From the NCBI GenBank assembly GCA_029851245.1, contig CP099826.1:87688-119687 (forward strand): a stretch of DNA of 32,000 nucleotides, written 5' to 3'. Source of the stretch: Candidatus Saccharimonadota bacterium (GTDB taxonomy: Bacteria; Bacteroidota; Bacteroidia; Flavobacteriales; Blattabacteriaceae). Made by a program: the position numbers and the translations under genes. Positions 31,943-32,000 of this stretch are shown here, piece after piece; position 1 is the first letter of the stretch; every line of letters begins with the position of its first letter. The notes beneath the pieces were generated by a model. That model ran no database searches. It saw nothing but the letters and a program-made list of their open reading frames with translations, and was not told where the DNA came from.

Positions 31943-32000
31943 ATGAAAAAATTTAAAATTATTAAAAAATTAACTAATAAATATGAATCTAAATCATTAA
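31943..32000 (+). CDS. rpoD: Probable RNA polymerase sigma-70 (RpoD/SigA), first 19 codons only
   Basis: MKKFKIIKKLTNKYESKSL resembles the Bacteroidota SigA N-terminus MRQLKITKQ(V/I)TNRE(S/T)ASL as I recall it. Only 58 nt are visible. Confidence 0.4.
   Translation, partial: MKKFKIIKKLTNKYESKSL

Overview
This window is an extremely AT-rich, almost gap-free stretch of a highly reduced bacterial genome (by eye about 15-20 % G+C outside the rRNA genes). Proteins are dominated by K/N/I/Y/F.

Taxonomy: several signatures point to a Flavobacteriales-type obligate insect endosymbiont (Sulcia / Blattabacterium / Shikimatogenerans-like). These are the 16S 5' region (..GATAAACACTAGCG..CATGCAAGTCGAGGGG), an ArgRS NDRGIHICK block, a DAHP synthase with a C-terminal chorismate mutase, an HsdR_N-like small protein and an RpoD-like MKKFKIIKKLTN start. 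The exact taxon needs a database search.

Content, left to right:
- queA (partial, minus strand)
- a complete rrn operon: 16S, tRNA-Ile(GAT), tRNA-Ala(TGC), 23S, 5S
- alaS (truncated form), clpP-clpX-recA, a SpoU/TrmH methyltransferase, a GAPDH-fold ORF
- an HsdR_N / PD-(D/E)xK-like ORF, tsaB, argS, frr, asnS, a NifS/IscS-type cysteine desulfurase
- groES-groEL, lepA, tRNA-Ser(GCT)/Pro(TGG)/Arg(TCT), smpB
- DAHP synthase/chorismate mutase, def, cca, mutL, tRNA-His(GTG), aspS, rpsO-pnp, and the first codons of a probable rpoD

I found no mobile element, CRISPR array, prophage, toxin-antitoxin pair or recognisable defence or secondary-metabolite cluster, and no convincing multi-gene novel system. 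The noteworthy signals are products of reductive evolution:
- the anti-Shine-Dalgarno core is lost from the 16S 3' tail
- AlaRS has no editing or C-Ala domains
- an intact GAPDH-fold ORF has its catalytic Cys and His substituted
- a conserved-unknown nuclease-fold protein is retained
- ClpX has no zinc-binding domain
- MutL has a decayed C-terminal endonuclease region
- divergent start codons lie 2 bp apart
- long perfect processing stems bracket the 16S and 23S genes

All homology statements come from by-eye comparison with sequences recalled from memory. No search or computation was run.
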